Origin: a virus
Strand: one strand, 5' to 3'
Length of the DNA stretch: 64,000 nucleotides
Virus record (IMG/VR): IMGVR_UViG_3300034073_004654
Span: 1-64,000 of that record
This document shows positions 46,342 to 55,188 of the stretch, one piece after another (the first letter of the stretch is position 1; each line of letters opens with the position of its first letter). The notes below the pieces were generated by a model that was not told the origin of the DNA, did not search any database, and worked only from the letters and a program-made list of their open reading frames with translations. The position numbers and the translations under genes were made by a program.

Positions 46342-46545
46342 ATGAAAATTAAACTATTAAATCCAATTCTTTATCTGATGGGCGACTATGACGGCAAAAC
46401 TGTTTATTTCGAATGCACCATGAAAGATCTTAGAGCCCCAGATAAAGAAGTTCAAATTTCTTGGATTGTTAACAGTGGAGAAGTTAAAGTAGATTACATT
46501 CCCATTGGTTTAATTCAAAATATTCGGGAAGAAAAATTAAAGTAA
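46342..46545 (+). CDS. Hypothetical protein
   Basis: ORF track; start uncertain. Confidence 0.5.
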   Translation: MKIKLLNPILYLMGDYDGKTVYFECTMKDLRAPDKEVQISWIVNSGEVKVDYIPIGLIQNIREEKLK

Positions 46546-46588
46546 ATTTCATAATTTAAAATTATGATTTATATAGCATAATCATGCT

Positions 46589-47197
46589 ATGATTTTAAAA
46601 TCACGTCCTGGAAAATTAAATTTACCCTTAGTTTCTGCTCCTGCTCCAAGCTATTCTACTCCTGATACAAATTCAGAAAATTATAATAAAAATAAATTAC
46701 CCTCCGGATTAGAATCAGTTAAAATTTCTACTCCATCAGGATATACGGTTCCTTCTAGAATTCCTCCGGAAATTTTAGCCAAAGCTCAGTCTTTACTCAA
46801 AGCGAGAGCTTCAAAAAATTTACCATTTAATTATTCCGAAACTTTCTTCTTTGAAGAAGACGGAAAAATTAATGAATATCTTGCTTTGATTACTTTGCAT
46901 TTTGATAATCATCCCAAAAGATTTTTAGAATCTCTAGATGGAGAAAAAGAACCGCACCCGCCTTTTTGGCACCCTGGAGTTTCTATATTTAAAAAAATAA
47001 ACGCTTCATCTTTAGAAGATAGAAAAAGAAAGAAAAAAATTAGAAAAGAAAAATCAAACAACTCCCTTCTGGAGGATGATTTAACAAAAAATTTAGAACA
47101 ATTTCTTGAAGAGAATTCTTCTTCAAATTTCAACGTTGAAAAACTTTCTTTCTTAGTTGAAGAGTTTAACAATTTAATTATTAAATTTTCAAAATAA
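46589..47197 (+). CDS. Hypothetical protein with leader-like helix at its C-terminus
   Basis: Ends VEKLSFLVEEFNNLIIKFSK; WHPGVSIF. Confidence 0.65.
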   Translation: MILKSRPGKLNLPLVSAPAPSYSTPDTNSENYNKNKLPSGLESVKISTPSGYTVPSRIPPEILAKAQSLLKARASKNLPFNYSETFFFEEDGKINEYLALITLHFDNHPKRFLESLDGEKEPHPPFWHPGVSIFKKINASSLEDRKRKKKIRKEKSNNSLLEDDLTKNLEQFLEENSSSNFNVEKLSFLVEEFNNLIIKFSK

Positions 47198-47199
47198 TT

Positions 47200-47565
47200 A
47201 TGACTGAATGGCAAGATAATCTTAAAAAGAAATATCCTTTAACCTTATCTCATCTAGGATATTTTGAATGTGATGAAGGTTGGTCATCTATTTTAGACGA
47301 TCTTTGTTCAGTTATAGAAAACCATCTCAAGCATCAAAAGATTGAAGAGCACTATGCCGTTCAAGTAAAAGAAAAATTTGGCGGACTTAGATTCTATATG
47401 AGTTCATATGATGAATTTATTGAAGGTGCTATTACTTTAGCTGAAAAACAATCCGTTCATATTTGTGAAGTTTGCGGTAATTCTGGTAAAACAGAAAATC
47501 TAAAAGGCTGGTCTAAAACTCTTTGTTTAGAGCATTTAAACCAATTAAAAAAAGATGATCGATAA
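47200..47565 (+). CDS. Conserved hypothetical phage protein
   Basis: CDEGW...QVKEKFGGLRFY...CEVCG..G...GW.KTLC. Confidence 0.8.
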   Translation: MTEWQDNLKKKYPLTLSHLGYFECDEGWSSILDDLCSVIENHLKHQKIEEHYAVQVKEKFGGLRFYMSSYDEFIEGAITLAEKQSVHICEVCGNSGKTENLKGWSKTLCLEHLNQLKKDDR

Positions 47566-47836
47566 TTTTGAAACCAACATCAAAAGCATTAAGAAATTAA
47601 TCTCTGTTATCTCTGGCAGAGATTCCGATGTAACCATTACTTATAAAGGCAATAGTTATGGAATTACTAAATGCTGGAACATTAAATGCGATAATCGAGA
47701 ATTAAATCACGAAAATTATCAATTGGGCGCAGAAGAATTAGTTGCAACTCTTAAAAAGGAATTGCAAGACAAAATTAATTCTGCCGAGCAGCAAGCCGCT
47801 AATTACCGTCAACTTCTTGGTGAACTAAGCAATTAA
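47555..47836 (+). CDS. Hypothetical protein
   Basis: Overlapping ORF in operon. Confidence 0.65.
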   Translation: MIDNFETNIKSIKKLISVISGRDSDVTITYKGNSYGITKCWNIKCDNRELNHENYQLGAEELVATLKKELQDKINSAEQQAANYRQLLGELSN

Positions 47837-48057
47837 TTTCAATGATGGCGATAATTTTGCATATTATTGATGTGGTGGGCATGGTTCCTCCTTCTAATAA
47901 TATCATTTCTACCTTTGTTGTTAGATTGGCGGAATAGCTTATTAATATTATTATTCGTTCCTTTAATTATAGAATTTTATCTTTGCTATTGTAAAAAATA
48001 ATTTCCATTGAGTTAATTAAAAGATATTATGATTTGATATATATTTTGAGGTAAATT

Positions 48058-48273
48058 ATGATTGGATATGTACGACAATTAGATCTAGATGGAACTTTAA
48101 GAATTAGAGAATCGGATTATTCTTATTCTCCAACATTATTTGAAGGTAAATTTGATAGCAGCAATGTAGAAATTTTAACAGAAGCTTTTAAAAAAAGTTT
48201 GCCAGTAGAATTTGATGTTAAAGATGGCTGTTTAGTTTCGGCTAAAATCTTTAAACATCCTAAGATTTACTGA
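48058..48273 (+). CDS. Hypothetical protein
   Basis: GAGGT SD. Confidence 0.6.
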   Translation: MIGYVRQLDLDGTLRIRESDYSYSPTLFEGKFDSSNVEILTEAFKKSLPVEFDVKDGCLVSAKIFKHPKIY

Positions 48274-48661
48274 TTCTTTTATCTAGTCTTTTTTCTTTAG
48301 CAATTTTCCAAATTTCTTCAAAGGTTTTTTCTTTTTTAAGAATTTGGCTAATATATTCGTCTATATTTACAGAATATTTGGTAAACGATCCGCCATGACC
48401 TATTCTTAGGTGGCACTCTTGAGTGCTCATACATAACGTAATTAAATTTTTAGGGTCTAATTCTAATTCTGGATAATCATCAAATGGCAACTTGTGATGC
48501 ACTTGCAATCTTATTTTAGATCCGCAAGCGGCACAATGATTATTCTTTAGAAGAAATTCTTCTCTAACTTTCCTCCAATGTGGCGAACGTTTTTTTGTAC
48601 TATGTAAATCTCTGGTGGCGTTTTTTAATAAGCTCCACCCATATTTAATAGTTTTAATCAT
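48260..48661 (-). CDS. HNH endonuclease
   Basis: WRKVR...CAACG...LQVHH...NLITLC...CH. Confidence 0.85.
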   Translation of the reverse strand: MIKTIKYGWSLLKNATRDLHSTKKRSPHWRKVREEFLLKNNHCAACGSKIRLQVHHKLPFDDYPELELDPKNLITLCMSTQECHLRIGHGGSFTKYSVNIDEYISQILKKEKTFEEIWKIAKEKRLDKRISKS

Positions 48662-48669
48662 TTGTTAGT

Positions 48670-49281
48670 TCAATAATATTTATTTTTTGATCTAACTTTC
48701 GCTGCTTCTGTATTGGGGACTATTGGTTTTTTGCTTCTTTTTTTCTTTTGGTCGGTAGCTTTTCTTTGTTTTGGAGTTAAGCTACGCCATTTCTTCTCTG
48801 GAAGATATCTGCCTTTGGCATCATTGGAATCTAACAAAATATCATTTGCTTTATTTTTATCTTTTTTCTTAGATTTTTTCTTGTAATCAGAAAGATACAT
48901 CCATTTTTGCTTGGTCCACTTTTTCATTTTATTAGTTCTGGCGGTGGGTTTTTTACCACGATAACCGCCTCCACGTTGTTTATAAAGTTTAGTGGCAAGC
49001 TGCATTGCTCTGGCAGAATGTTTTCCGCCCATTCTAGATTTGGCTTCGCTTTTACACTTTGCCCATAAAGAAGGATTGGTTTTTGTGGCAATTCCAGATT
49101 TTTTCTTTTGCTTCTTTTTAGCAGATTTAAAAATCTCTTCTTTTTTCATTTGGGCTTCGATTTGTTTTAAATCATCTAACAAATCTGAATAAGCCATTTC
49201 TTCTTGATATTTGTCTTTATAAATATCTGCCACTTCTTTAACGCTAAGGTCTCTAGATTGAGTGAATTGCTTAAAAGACAT
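48670..49281 (-). CDS. Basic DUF5872-like protein with acidic leader ending KSA
   Basis: TNPSLW...SARAMQLA...YK.RGGGY...KWTKQKW...RYLP. Confidence 0.7.
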   Translation of the reverse strand: MSFKQFTQSRDLSVKEVADIYKDKYQEEMAYSDLLDDLKQIEAQMKKEEIFKSAKKKQKKKSGIATKTNPSLWAKCKSEAKSRMGGKHSARAMQLATKLYKQRGGGYRGKKPTARTNKMKKWTKQKWMYLSDYKKKSKKKDKNKANDILLDSNDAKGRYLPEKKWRSLTPKQRKATDQKKKRSKKPIVPNTEAAKVRSKNKYY

Positions 49282-49293
49282 TTTGTTCCGTTA

Positions 49294-49785
49294 TTAAAAT
49301 CTTTTTCTTTGTTTTAGATATTCTTCCCGCAATTCTTTAGAAGAAAAATCTGTTTTATAATATTTTGAAGCTCTTATAATTTTCTCTGATGCTTTCAATG
49401 ACGAATCTTTAATTGCGTTAGAGAGTTCTTCCCAATAACCCTGCCAAGACTCGGGCGATCCTTCATGCCAAGGAGTGCTTTGAAACAATTCAAATGCTTC
49501 TTTAGCTTTATTCATTTCTTCAAAAGCTTGATTTAAAAGCTTAGCTACTTCAGATCCAGCAGCAGATAACTTTGAATAAGATGTTAATTTCCATTCTTTT
49601 AAAGAACGATAAATAAATTTTCCACTTTTACTCCACTCTGTAAAGTTCCACTCTTCCCCCATAGTATCGGGTGGAAGATTTTTCATGTTATTAATGACTT
49701 TAATATGAGGCATCAATGAATTAATAATTTTCATTGTTTGACTTGGTATATTTTCTAACATTGCTAATTTAATATTTTTATTCAT
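49294..49785 (-). CDS. Hypothetical protein with short leader (IKLA)
   Basis: MNKNIKLA; preceded by AATA-N5-ATAT. Confidence 0.65.
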   Translation of the reverse strand: MNKNIKLAMLENIPSQTMKIINSLMPHIKVINNMKNLPPDTMGEEWNFTEWSKSGKFIYRSLKEWKLTSYSKLSAAGSEVAKLLNQAFEEMNKAKEAFELFQSTPWHEGSPESWQGYWEELSNAIKDSSLKASEKIIRASKYYKTDFSSKELREEYLKQRKRF

Positions 49786-49806
49786 ATCTGTTCTCACTAT
49801 ATCATA

Positions 49807-49819
49807 ATATGATAATATT
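49807..49819 (-). promoter_or_regulatory. Candidate late-promoter motif
   Basis: AATAttatcATAT. Confidence 0.55.
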
Positions 49820-49844
49820 GAGCGAAACTATCTTCTTAATGTGC

Positions 49845-49872
49845 TTGACATTAAATTGTTGCGCCTTATCTT
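49845..49872 (+). promoter_or_regulatory. Sigma70-type promoter
   Basis: TTGACA-N16-TATCTT; AACTATCT box upstream. Confidence 0.7.
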
Positions 49873-49904
49873 GTTGTGTGTAAGTTGGTTTGCCAAGGAA
49901 AATT

Positions 49905-50492
49905 ATGAATACTCTAGAAAGAATTAAGAATGCATGTGATTGGGTCAATGCCAAGGGCAAGGGATCTAAGGATACTACTAAAGTAACTACTCAAGTAAAG
50001 TGGGCAGATTGGGAGCGTAAGTGGTTTTCGCCTGCGATGGCAGTTCTTTGGTATTCGGAAGTTCATCAGTCTGGCGAAAATGCTTACGATACTTTTTGGA
50101 TTCCAAATAATGCCACTTGGATTAGCAAGGTAGCTTCTTATCTTGAAGTTACTGAAGAATGGGTAGAGACATTTGTTAATCAATGTTATGGCAAGTGTCC
50201 TTCTGAGCAATATACATTTAGCATTACTTTTGATGGATTGGGACCAGATCCTTCCGGCTCATACAATAATGTTAGCTTGAAGAATCCTAAGTTTGAATTT
50301 CAAAAGGTAAATACTAATGTAGAAATGCTTGAAGAAGTCAGGTATTGTCTTGAGAATTACGGAGATATTTCATCGGGGGTTTCGGTTCCTTATTGGACCA
50401 AGAACCCCCCAATTGAAGTATATAAGGGCAAGCTAATGAAGGCTGCTTATGAATTATTTGCGGCTATGGAAGCTTGCAATCATAATGATTAA
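49905..50492 (+). CDS. Hypothetical protein
   Basis: AAGGA SD. Confidence 0.7.
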   Translation: MNTLERIKNACDWVNAKGKGSKDTTKVTTQVKWADWERKWFSPAMAVLWYSEVHQSGENAYDTFWIPNNATWISKVASYLEVTEEWVETFVNQCYGKCPSEQYTFSITFDGLGPDPSGSYNNVSLKNPKFEFQKVNTNVEMLEEVRYCLENYGDISSGVSVPYWTKNPPIEVYKGKLMKAAYELFAAMEACNHND

Positions 50493-50497
50493 TTAAA

Positions 50498-51034
50498 TCA
50501 ATCTTCTTCGTCATCTTCCTCGTCATCTTCTTCAATTTCTTTAAAGAAAACGGCGATGCCTCCTTCATATGCTGAATTTACTATATTGTAATCAATATTA
50601 TCAAGTGGGACATATTCTACATACATATCTTGATCGCTATATGTAGTATATTTTTTTAATAAACTTAAAGCATATGCCTTTTGCTCTTCAATGCTTTTAT
50701 ATGGTTGTTCCGTAAACATGCCAAATCTAAAAACAAATGTCGGTTTTTTGCTGAAATAATTAGCGTCTGGTATTGCCATTGTAGATTCAATGATGCATAC
50801 TGGTGCGTCTGATCTGGGTGGCTTACCTTTTTGAGGTTTAAATACAGACTGCCTAGGAAATACAGTTTTAATTATATTTTTAGTAGATGGGTCTAAAAGT
50901 CCCACCCAAGAATCAAATATAGCTTTTTGCTGACCTTCGTCTTTGACCTTTGGAAGCTTTGCTATTTTTGTTAAGTATTCACTTGTTCTTCTTAATAAAA
51001 GATCGGAAGCTTTATTTAAAAAATCATATTTCAT
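50498..51034 (-). CDS. Leader-family hypothetical protein
   Basis: MKYDFLNKASDLLLRRTSEYLTKIA; GAGGA SD. Confidence 0.7.
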   Translation of the reverse strand: MKYDFLNKASDLLLRRTSEYLTKIAKLPKVKDEGQQKAIFDSWVGLLDPSTKNIIKTVFPRQSVFKPQKGKPPRSDAPVCIIESTMAIPDANYFSKKPTFVFRFGMFTEQPYKSIEEQKAYALSLLKKYTTYSDQDMYVEYVPLDNIDYNIVNSAYEGGIAVFFKEIEEDDEEDDEED

Positions 51035-51068
51035 ATTTAATTTCCTCTAGGCAATTATAACCGCTAAT

Positions 51069-51081
51069 ATATTTAATTATT
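51069..51081 (-). promoter_or_regulatory. Candidate late-promoter motif
   Basis: AATAattaaATAT. Confidence 0.55.
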
Positions 51082-51120
51082 ATTATGTGCGATAATATCC
51101 TATAATTATATAGGATATTT

Positions 51121-51315
51121 GTGAAGCTTCCATATGAATATGTTTCAAAACATGTAGAACTCTTATATCAAAAACAATTTAAATCTCATCAGATTAGTGA
51201 AATTAATCAATGGTGTGATTTTATAATTGGATATATTGAGCTATGTGGCTGGACTACGGAAGAATATATAATTGCTATGTTTGAAGAATTAAGGAAAAAG
51301 CAAAAACCTCCTTAA
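51121..51315 (+). CDS. Hypothetical protein
   Basis: AGGA SD, GTG start. Confidence 0.55.
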   Translation: MKLPYEYVSKHVELLYQKQFKSHQISEINQWCDFIIGYIELCGWTTEEYIIAMFEELRKKQKPP

Positions 51316-51324
51316 TATGAACCC

Positions 51325-51352
51325 TTGACAAGATAAAGAAGATGATTAAGCT
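51325..51352 (+). promoter_or_regulatory. Sigma70-type promoter
   Basis: TTGACA-N16-TAAGCT. Confidence 0.65.
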
Positions 51353-51393
51353 AGGGTGGTCAAGGGCAACGGCTCATCAAATATGGAGTAATT

Positions 51394-51597
51394 ATGGATC
51401 TTAAAAGTTTAATCAATAAAAGCATTGAAACAAACAAGCCTGTAAAACTTTCGCCAAAGTTAACCTTGGCGGCGCAACAAAAAAACAATCAAGTTCTCGT
51501 AAAGTTAAGTATGCGTGGAAATTTAATTTGGACAGACTCTAATACACTGGATAAGATTACAGAAGATTTAGCAATTGAAATTGATAATTACGAGTGA
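51394..51597 (+). CDS. Hypothetical protein
   Basis: GGAG SD. Confidence 0.6.
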   Translation: MDLKSLINKSIETNKPVKLSPKLTLAAQQKNNQVLVKLSMRGNLIWTDSNTLDKITEDLAIEIDNYE

Positions 51598-51776
51598 ATT
51601 TAATTATGAGTAAGCGTCGAAATTCTAATATGGACAATTTTAATGATGACTTTCAAAATCTTGATTTCAAAGATGATTTCTTTGAAGATCGAGAAGAAAA
51701 CTTTGGGCGCAAGTTTCGAGAGAAAAATCTAAGAGACTTTAAGAAAGAGCGTCGTCGTCAAAAAGAATCATGGTAA
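51594..51776 (+). CDS. Hypothetical charged protein
   Basis: ORF in operon. Confidence 0.5.
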   Translation: MNLIMSKRRNSNMDNFNDDFQNLDFKDDFFEDREENFGRKFREKNLRDFKKERRRQKESW

Positions 51777-51808
51777 CAGTTGATGTGAAACTAACTACAA
51801 TTTGACTC

Positions 51809-51836
51809 TTGACGCTATTAAGTTGATGGTTATCTT
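51809..51836 (+). promoter_or_regulatory. Sigma70-type promoter
   Basis: TTGACG-N16-TATCTT. Confidence 0.65.
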
Positions 51837-51855
51837 GTAATCAGAGGCAAGAGCT

Positions 51856-52194
51856 ATGCGTATTTGTATTGAGTGTGAAATTGAATTTGATGAGCGTTCT
51901 CCTGAAAAGCGCAGGGTTGGTGGATTGATTTCTTGTTGCCCAGATTGTAGCAAGGAAACTACTATTAAATATGCTGGTGTGCAAGCCGCTGATGGCAAGC
52001 AGGCTCAAGCTACTATTTTGAAATTTAAGTCTGAGCAAGATAAGAAACAATATATTAATTTCTGGCAAAATAACAGTGGTTTCCATAAAGGAAAAAGTTG
52101 CCAGTTAGGAGCGCATCTTTCCACTACTCCTAACATAAGTTTTCAAACTATTACAGCCTTTAATCCTACTAATCATAAAGGCAAAGCTCTGTAA
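51856..52194 (+). CDS. Zinc-ribbon protein
   Basis: CIEC...CPDC. Confidence 0.7.
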   Translation: MRICIECEIEFDERSPEKRRVGGLISCCPDCSKETTIKYAGVQAADGKQAQATILKFKSEQDKKQYINFWQNNSGFHKGKSCQLGAHLSTTPNISFQTITAFNPTNHKGKAL

Positions 52195-52206
52195 CTAAAA
52201 ATAATT

Positions 52207-52239
52207 AAAATCCCCAGGAAAAATCCTGGGGATTTTTTT
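52207..52239 (+). terminator. Intrinsic terminator
   Basis: aaaatccccagg/cctggggatttt. Confidence 0.85.
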
Positions 52240-52253
52240 ATTTCCAGTTTAAT

Positions 52254-52266
52254 AATATTAAGATAT
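52254..52266 (+). promoter_or_regulatory. Candidate late-promoter motif
   Basis: AATAttaagATAT, identical to the copy at 45696-45708 on the minus strand. Confidence 0.6.
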
Positions 52267-52285
52267 ATTTGCATCGGAATAAAAT

Positions 52286-53221
52286 ATGAATAAATACGAA
52301 AAAATACTTTTATCATGTGCTGCCTTTGATGAAATGATAAAACGAGCCGTCAGACGGACTTTATCTACACCCGTTTCTCCTAGACCTTCATTTAGGGCTC
52401 CAAGGTCCAGCCCTCCAAGCATTCCGGTATTAGATCCTCCAACAATTAGAACGCCATCAAGTCGAGCACCTACAACCACTTTAGATGGAGGTCCTCCAAC
52501 AGTTGTGGATAGTCGCCCACCTATGTCCTCTCCTGTTTCATCTCAATCAGCCGCAACAGTTGTGGATAGTCGTCCCCCTATTTCATCTTCTATGTCATCT
52601 CCTTCTCTTGTTCCGCCTGCTAGTAAAGTTCCACCAGCGGCAGCCACTGCTTTGAAAACTAGATTGAGAAGTCTTTTAACTAGCGGCTTAACTGGTGGCA
52701 AAGACTTATTCTCAAAGAATCCCAAAAAAGCCGCAGCAGCAGTTTTATTAGGTGGCGTTGCACTTATTTATTATGCTTTAAAAGGAAAATCTCCCTCAAC
52801 TGACAATGAAGAAATGAAAGAAGTTATTGATATTGCGATAAAAAACAATCTATCAGAACTTCCAAAGCCTGCCGAATTATTTAACAAATTAAATGATATT
52901 AATTCTTTTTTCCAAGAAAAAGCTGCTAAAAATACAAAAATTGCAGAGAAGTTTGGGGTATACATAGAGAAGACAAGTGATATAATTAATGATTTAAATT
53001 CATTATCTAATATTCAATTAGATGTTAATAATACGCAATCTGTTGTTAATTTCATTAAAGAATCTAAAAGAATGGAACCTAAGTTGGGTGAATATCTTGC
53101 CATTTCAAAATTAACTCAAGATAAGATTGTAATGCCAGAGTTAAACCAAGAAATTGGTGAAGTTAATTCCATGTTAGAACAATATCAAGTTCTTTTTAGC
53201 CAAGTCAAAAATATAAGTTAA
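52286..53221 (+). CDS. Leader-family protein: Pro/Ser-rich region, TM helix, helical domain
   Basis: MNKYEKILLSCAAFDEMIKRA; AAAAVLLGGVALIYYAL. Confidence 0.8.
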   Translation: MNKYEKILLSCAAFDEMIKRAVRRTLSTPVSPRPSFRAPRSSPPSIPVLDPPTIRTPSSRAPTTTLDGGPPTVVDSRPPMSSPVSSQSAATVVDSRPPISSSMSSPSLVPPASKVPPAAATALKTRLRSLLTSGLTGGKDLFSKNPKKAAAAVLLGGVALIYYALKGKSPSTDNEEMKEVIDIAIKNNLSELPKPAELFNKLNDINSFFQEKAAKNTKIAEKFGVYIEKTSDIINDLNSLSNIQLDVNNTQSVVNFIKESKRMEPKLGEYLAISKLTQDKIVMPELNQEIGEVNSMLEQYQVLFSQVKNIS

Positions 53222-53227
53222 GAAGTT

Positions 53228-54373
53228 ATGAAAAAAATAAAAAACATATTAGATCAGTCGATTGAATTTGAATCTATAGTTAAAAAAGCTTTTTGGAAGT
53301 CATTTAAAAGTCTTGTGACTGGGACTCGACCTATGAGAGTTCCCCCTGGAGGAACTAGACCAATACCTAGAAGGGTTCCACAAGGCTTTAATGTTATGGA
53401 AGCAACGCCTACCGGACCAGTGTTAAAAAGAGGAATAAAAGAAATCAGTCCAGGAGTTTATGAATTAGAACCGGGATTTAAAATAAATCAAACTGCTGGA
53501 ACAATAGAACCAATTAAGCCAAGTTTGCCACCTGGATATTCTCCTGAATCTGGAGGAATGTTAGCTAAATTGACTGATGCTGAATTATTAAGTTTATATG
53601 ATACAGACTTAAAGCAACTACAATTTAAAATTTCAGATTTAGACAAATTGCCCGATGCCTGGAAAAAGCCCGATGGTAGTGATATAAATCTAACCCCGGA
53701 ACAAATCGCAACAGTGCAATCAGAAGTTCGAATTCAAAATCAAAAAATCAGAGATAAAATAAAAGAATTAAAAAAAATAGATCGCAGCACGGTTCGAGGT
53801 GAAGCTTGGTCTGAATTAAAAGGTTCTAAGGGATTTAAATTTACCGCTGGTACGAGTGCTTTAATTGGTCTTGTTACAATTTATAAATTATTTTCCAATG
53901 ACGATCCAAAAACGGATAGCGATGAAAAGAAAAACGTCATCAATAAAAGTCCTTTATCAAGTTATTTGGCAGGAGCACCAAACTCATTAGAAGTGATTAA
54001 GAATTTAAATTCGCTATTAGCAATTTTAAATTCTGTCATGAATCAATCAGGTGAGCTTCGCTCACAAGATCTTGCTACGCTAAATAATTTTATTAGAGAA
54101 ACTAGAACGGCTAAAAGATCCATGGAAAATTTTGCTAAATTAAAATTAGATTTAGATGATATGAATTCAGTTCAGCAATATATAATAAATTTAAATTCTT
54201 TAGAAGAAGCATTAATGAAATTTAATGTTACATTGATGGATATATCTGATATTGCTGCCAAATCAAGAAATATGAAACTATTAAGCATTGTCAACCAATT
54301 AGATGAAGCTTTTTCTGAATATTCCAATATAATCACAAAGGCAAAAAGCTTATCAGCTTCTGACAATATTTAA
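53228..54373 (+). CDS. Leader-family protein with TM-like helix and helical domain
   Basis: MKKIKNILDQSIEFESIVKKA; TAGTSALIGLVTIYKLF. Confidence 0.8.
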   Translation: MKKIKNILDQSIEFESIVKKAFWKSFKSLVTGTRPMRVPPGGTRPIPRRVPQGFNVMEATPTGPVLKRGIKEISPGVYELEPGFKINQTAGTIEPIKPSLPPGYSPESGGMLAKLTDAELLSLYDTDLKQLQFKISDLDKLPDAWKKPDGSDINLTPEQIATVQSEVRIQNQKIRDKIKELKKIDRSTVRGEAWSELKGSKGFKFTAGTSALIGLVTIYKLFSNDDPKTDSDEKKNVINKSPLSSYLAGAPNSLEVIKNLNSLLAILNSVMNQSGELRSQDLATLNNFIRETRTAKRSMENFAKLKLDLDDMNSVQQYIINLNSLEEALMKFNVTLMDISDIAAKSRNMKLLSIVNQLDEAFSEYSNIITKAKSLSASDNI

Positions 54374-54385
54374 TAAGAAAAAATT

Positions 54386-55159
54386 ATGAACAATAAAATT
54401 TTAAACTTAGTCGGTTCTATTGATAAATTTCAAACCTTAATTAGAAAAAATGCCGTTGCTCCTGCCGCTGCTGGTGCCGCCGCGAGCACCACTCAAATAG
54501 CAATATTAATAGCTCTAATTCCAATTGTTAGTCGCGGGATAGACAAATTTTTTAACACTACTAAACTCCCAGATGATGCTAAAAGAATTCAAGAAAATTT
54601 ATTAGATTATAAAGAAGATTATCAAGATGAAGATTGGTTTAAGCCATTTGCTAATGAATATAATAGTTTTTTAGATAAATTAAATATTTTAATTAAAGGA
54701 AATGAAGAAATAATTAACTTATTAGCCCTTCCTAAGGGCGAAGAAACTAACGAAAAAATTGCTATAGAAATACAAAAATTTCTAACTGCCCTGGGAGAAG
54801 CTGAAAGATTAGCCCCTGGAGTAAATGCATTTCTGGAAGAAAACAAAAATTCTGCCACCAAAGCCCTTGATTTTGTCGGAGAAACCTTTGGCGCTCTTGG
54901 AATAAAAACAGATTCCATGGCTGCACAAGCTGGAATAATGTCATTTTATCAACATTCTCAATACGAGAGACTCAAGTTAGAACAAATATTAATTGACGCT
55001 ACTAAAGAAAAAAAATCTACTCCTTCACAGGGCAGAAAATTCGATCTCAATCAGCCATTAATTGAAGAAGAAAAACAGAAGGGATCGGAAAGAAATCCTC
55101 CAGCTCAAATTTCTTCCGTTGAAGATTTTGCAAACATATTTAATGTTGAAGCCGAATGA
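54386..55159 (+). CDS. Leader-family protein with hydrophobic helix
   Basis: MNNKILNLVGSIDKFQTLIRKNA; IAILIALIPIV. Confidence 0.8.
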   Translation: MNNKILNLVGSIDKFQTLIRKNAVAPAAAGAAASTTQIAILIALIPIVSRGIDKFFNTTKLPDDAKRIQENLLDYKEDYQDEDWFKPFANEYNSFLDKLNILIKGNEEIINLLALPKGEETNEKIAIEIQKFLTALGEAERLAPGVNAFLEENKNSATKALDFVGETFGALGIKTDSMAAQAGIMSFYQHSQYERLKLEQILIDATKEKKSTPSQGRKFDLNQPLIEEEKQKGSERNPPAQISSVEDFANIFNVEAE

Positions 55160-55188
55160 ATAAGACCACTTTACATCTTGGAATATAA

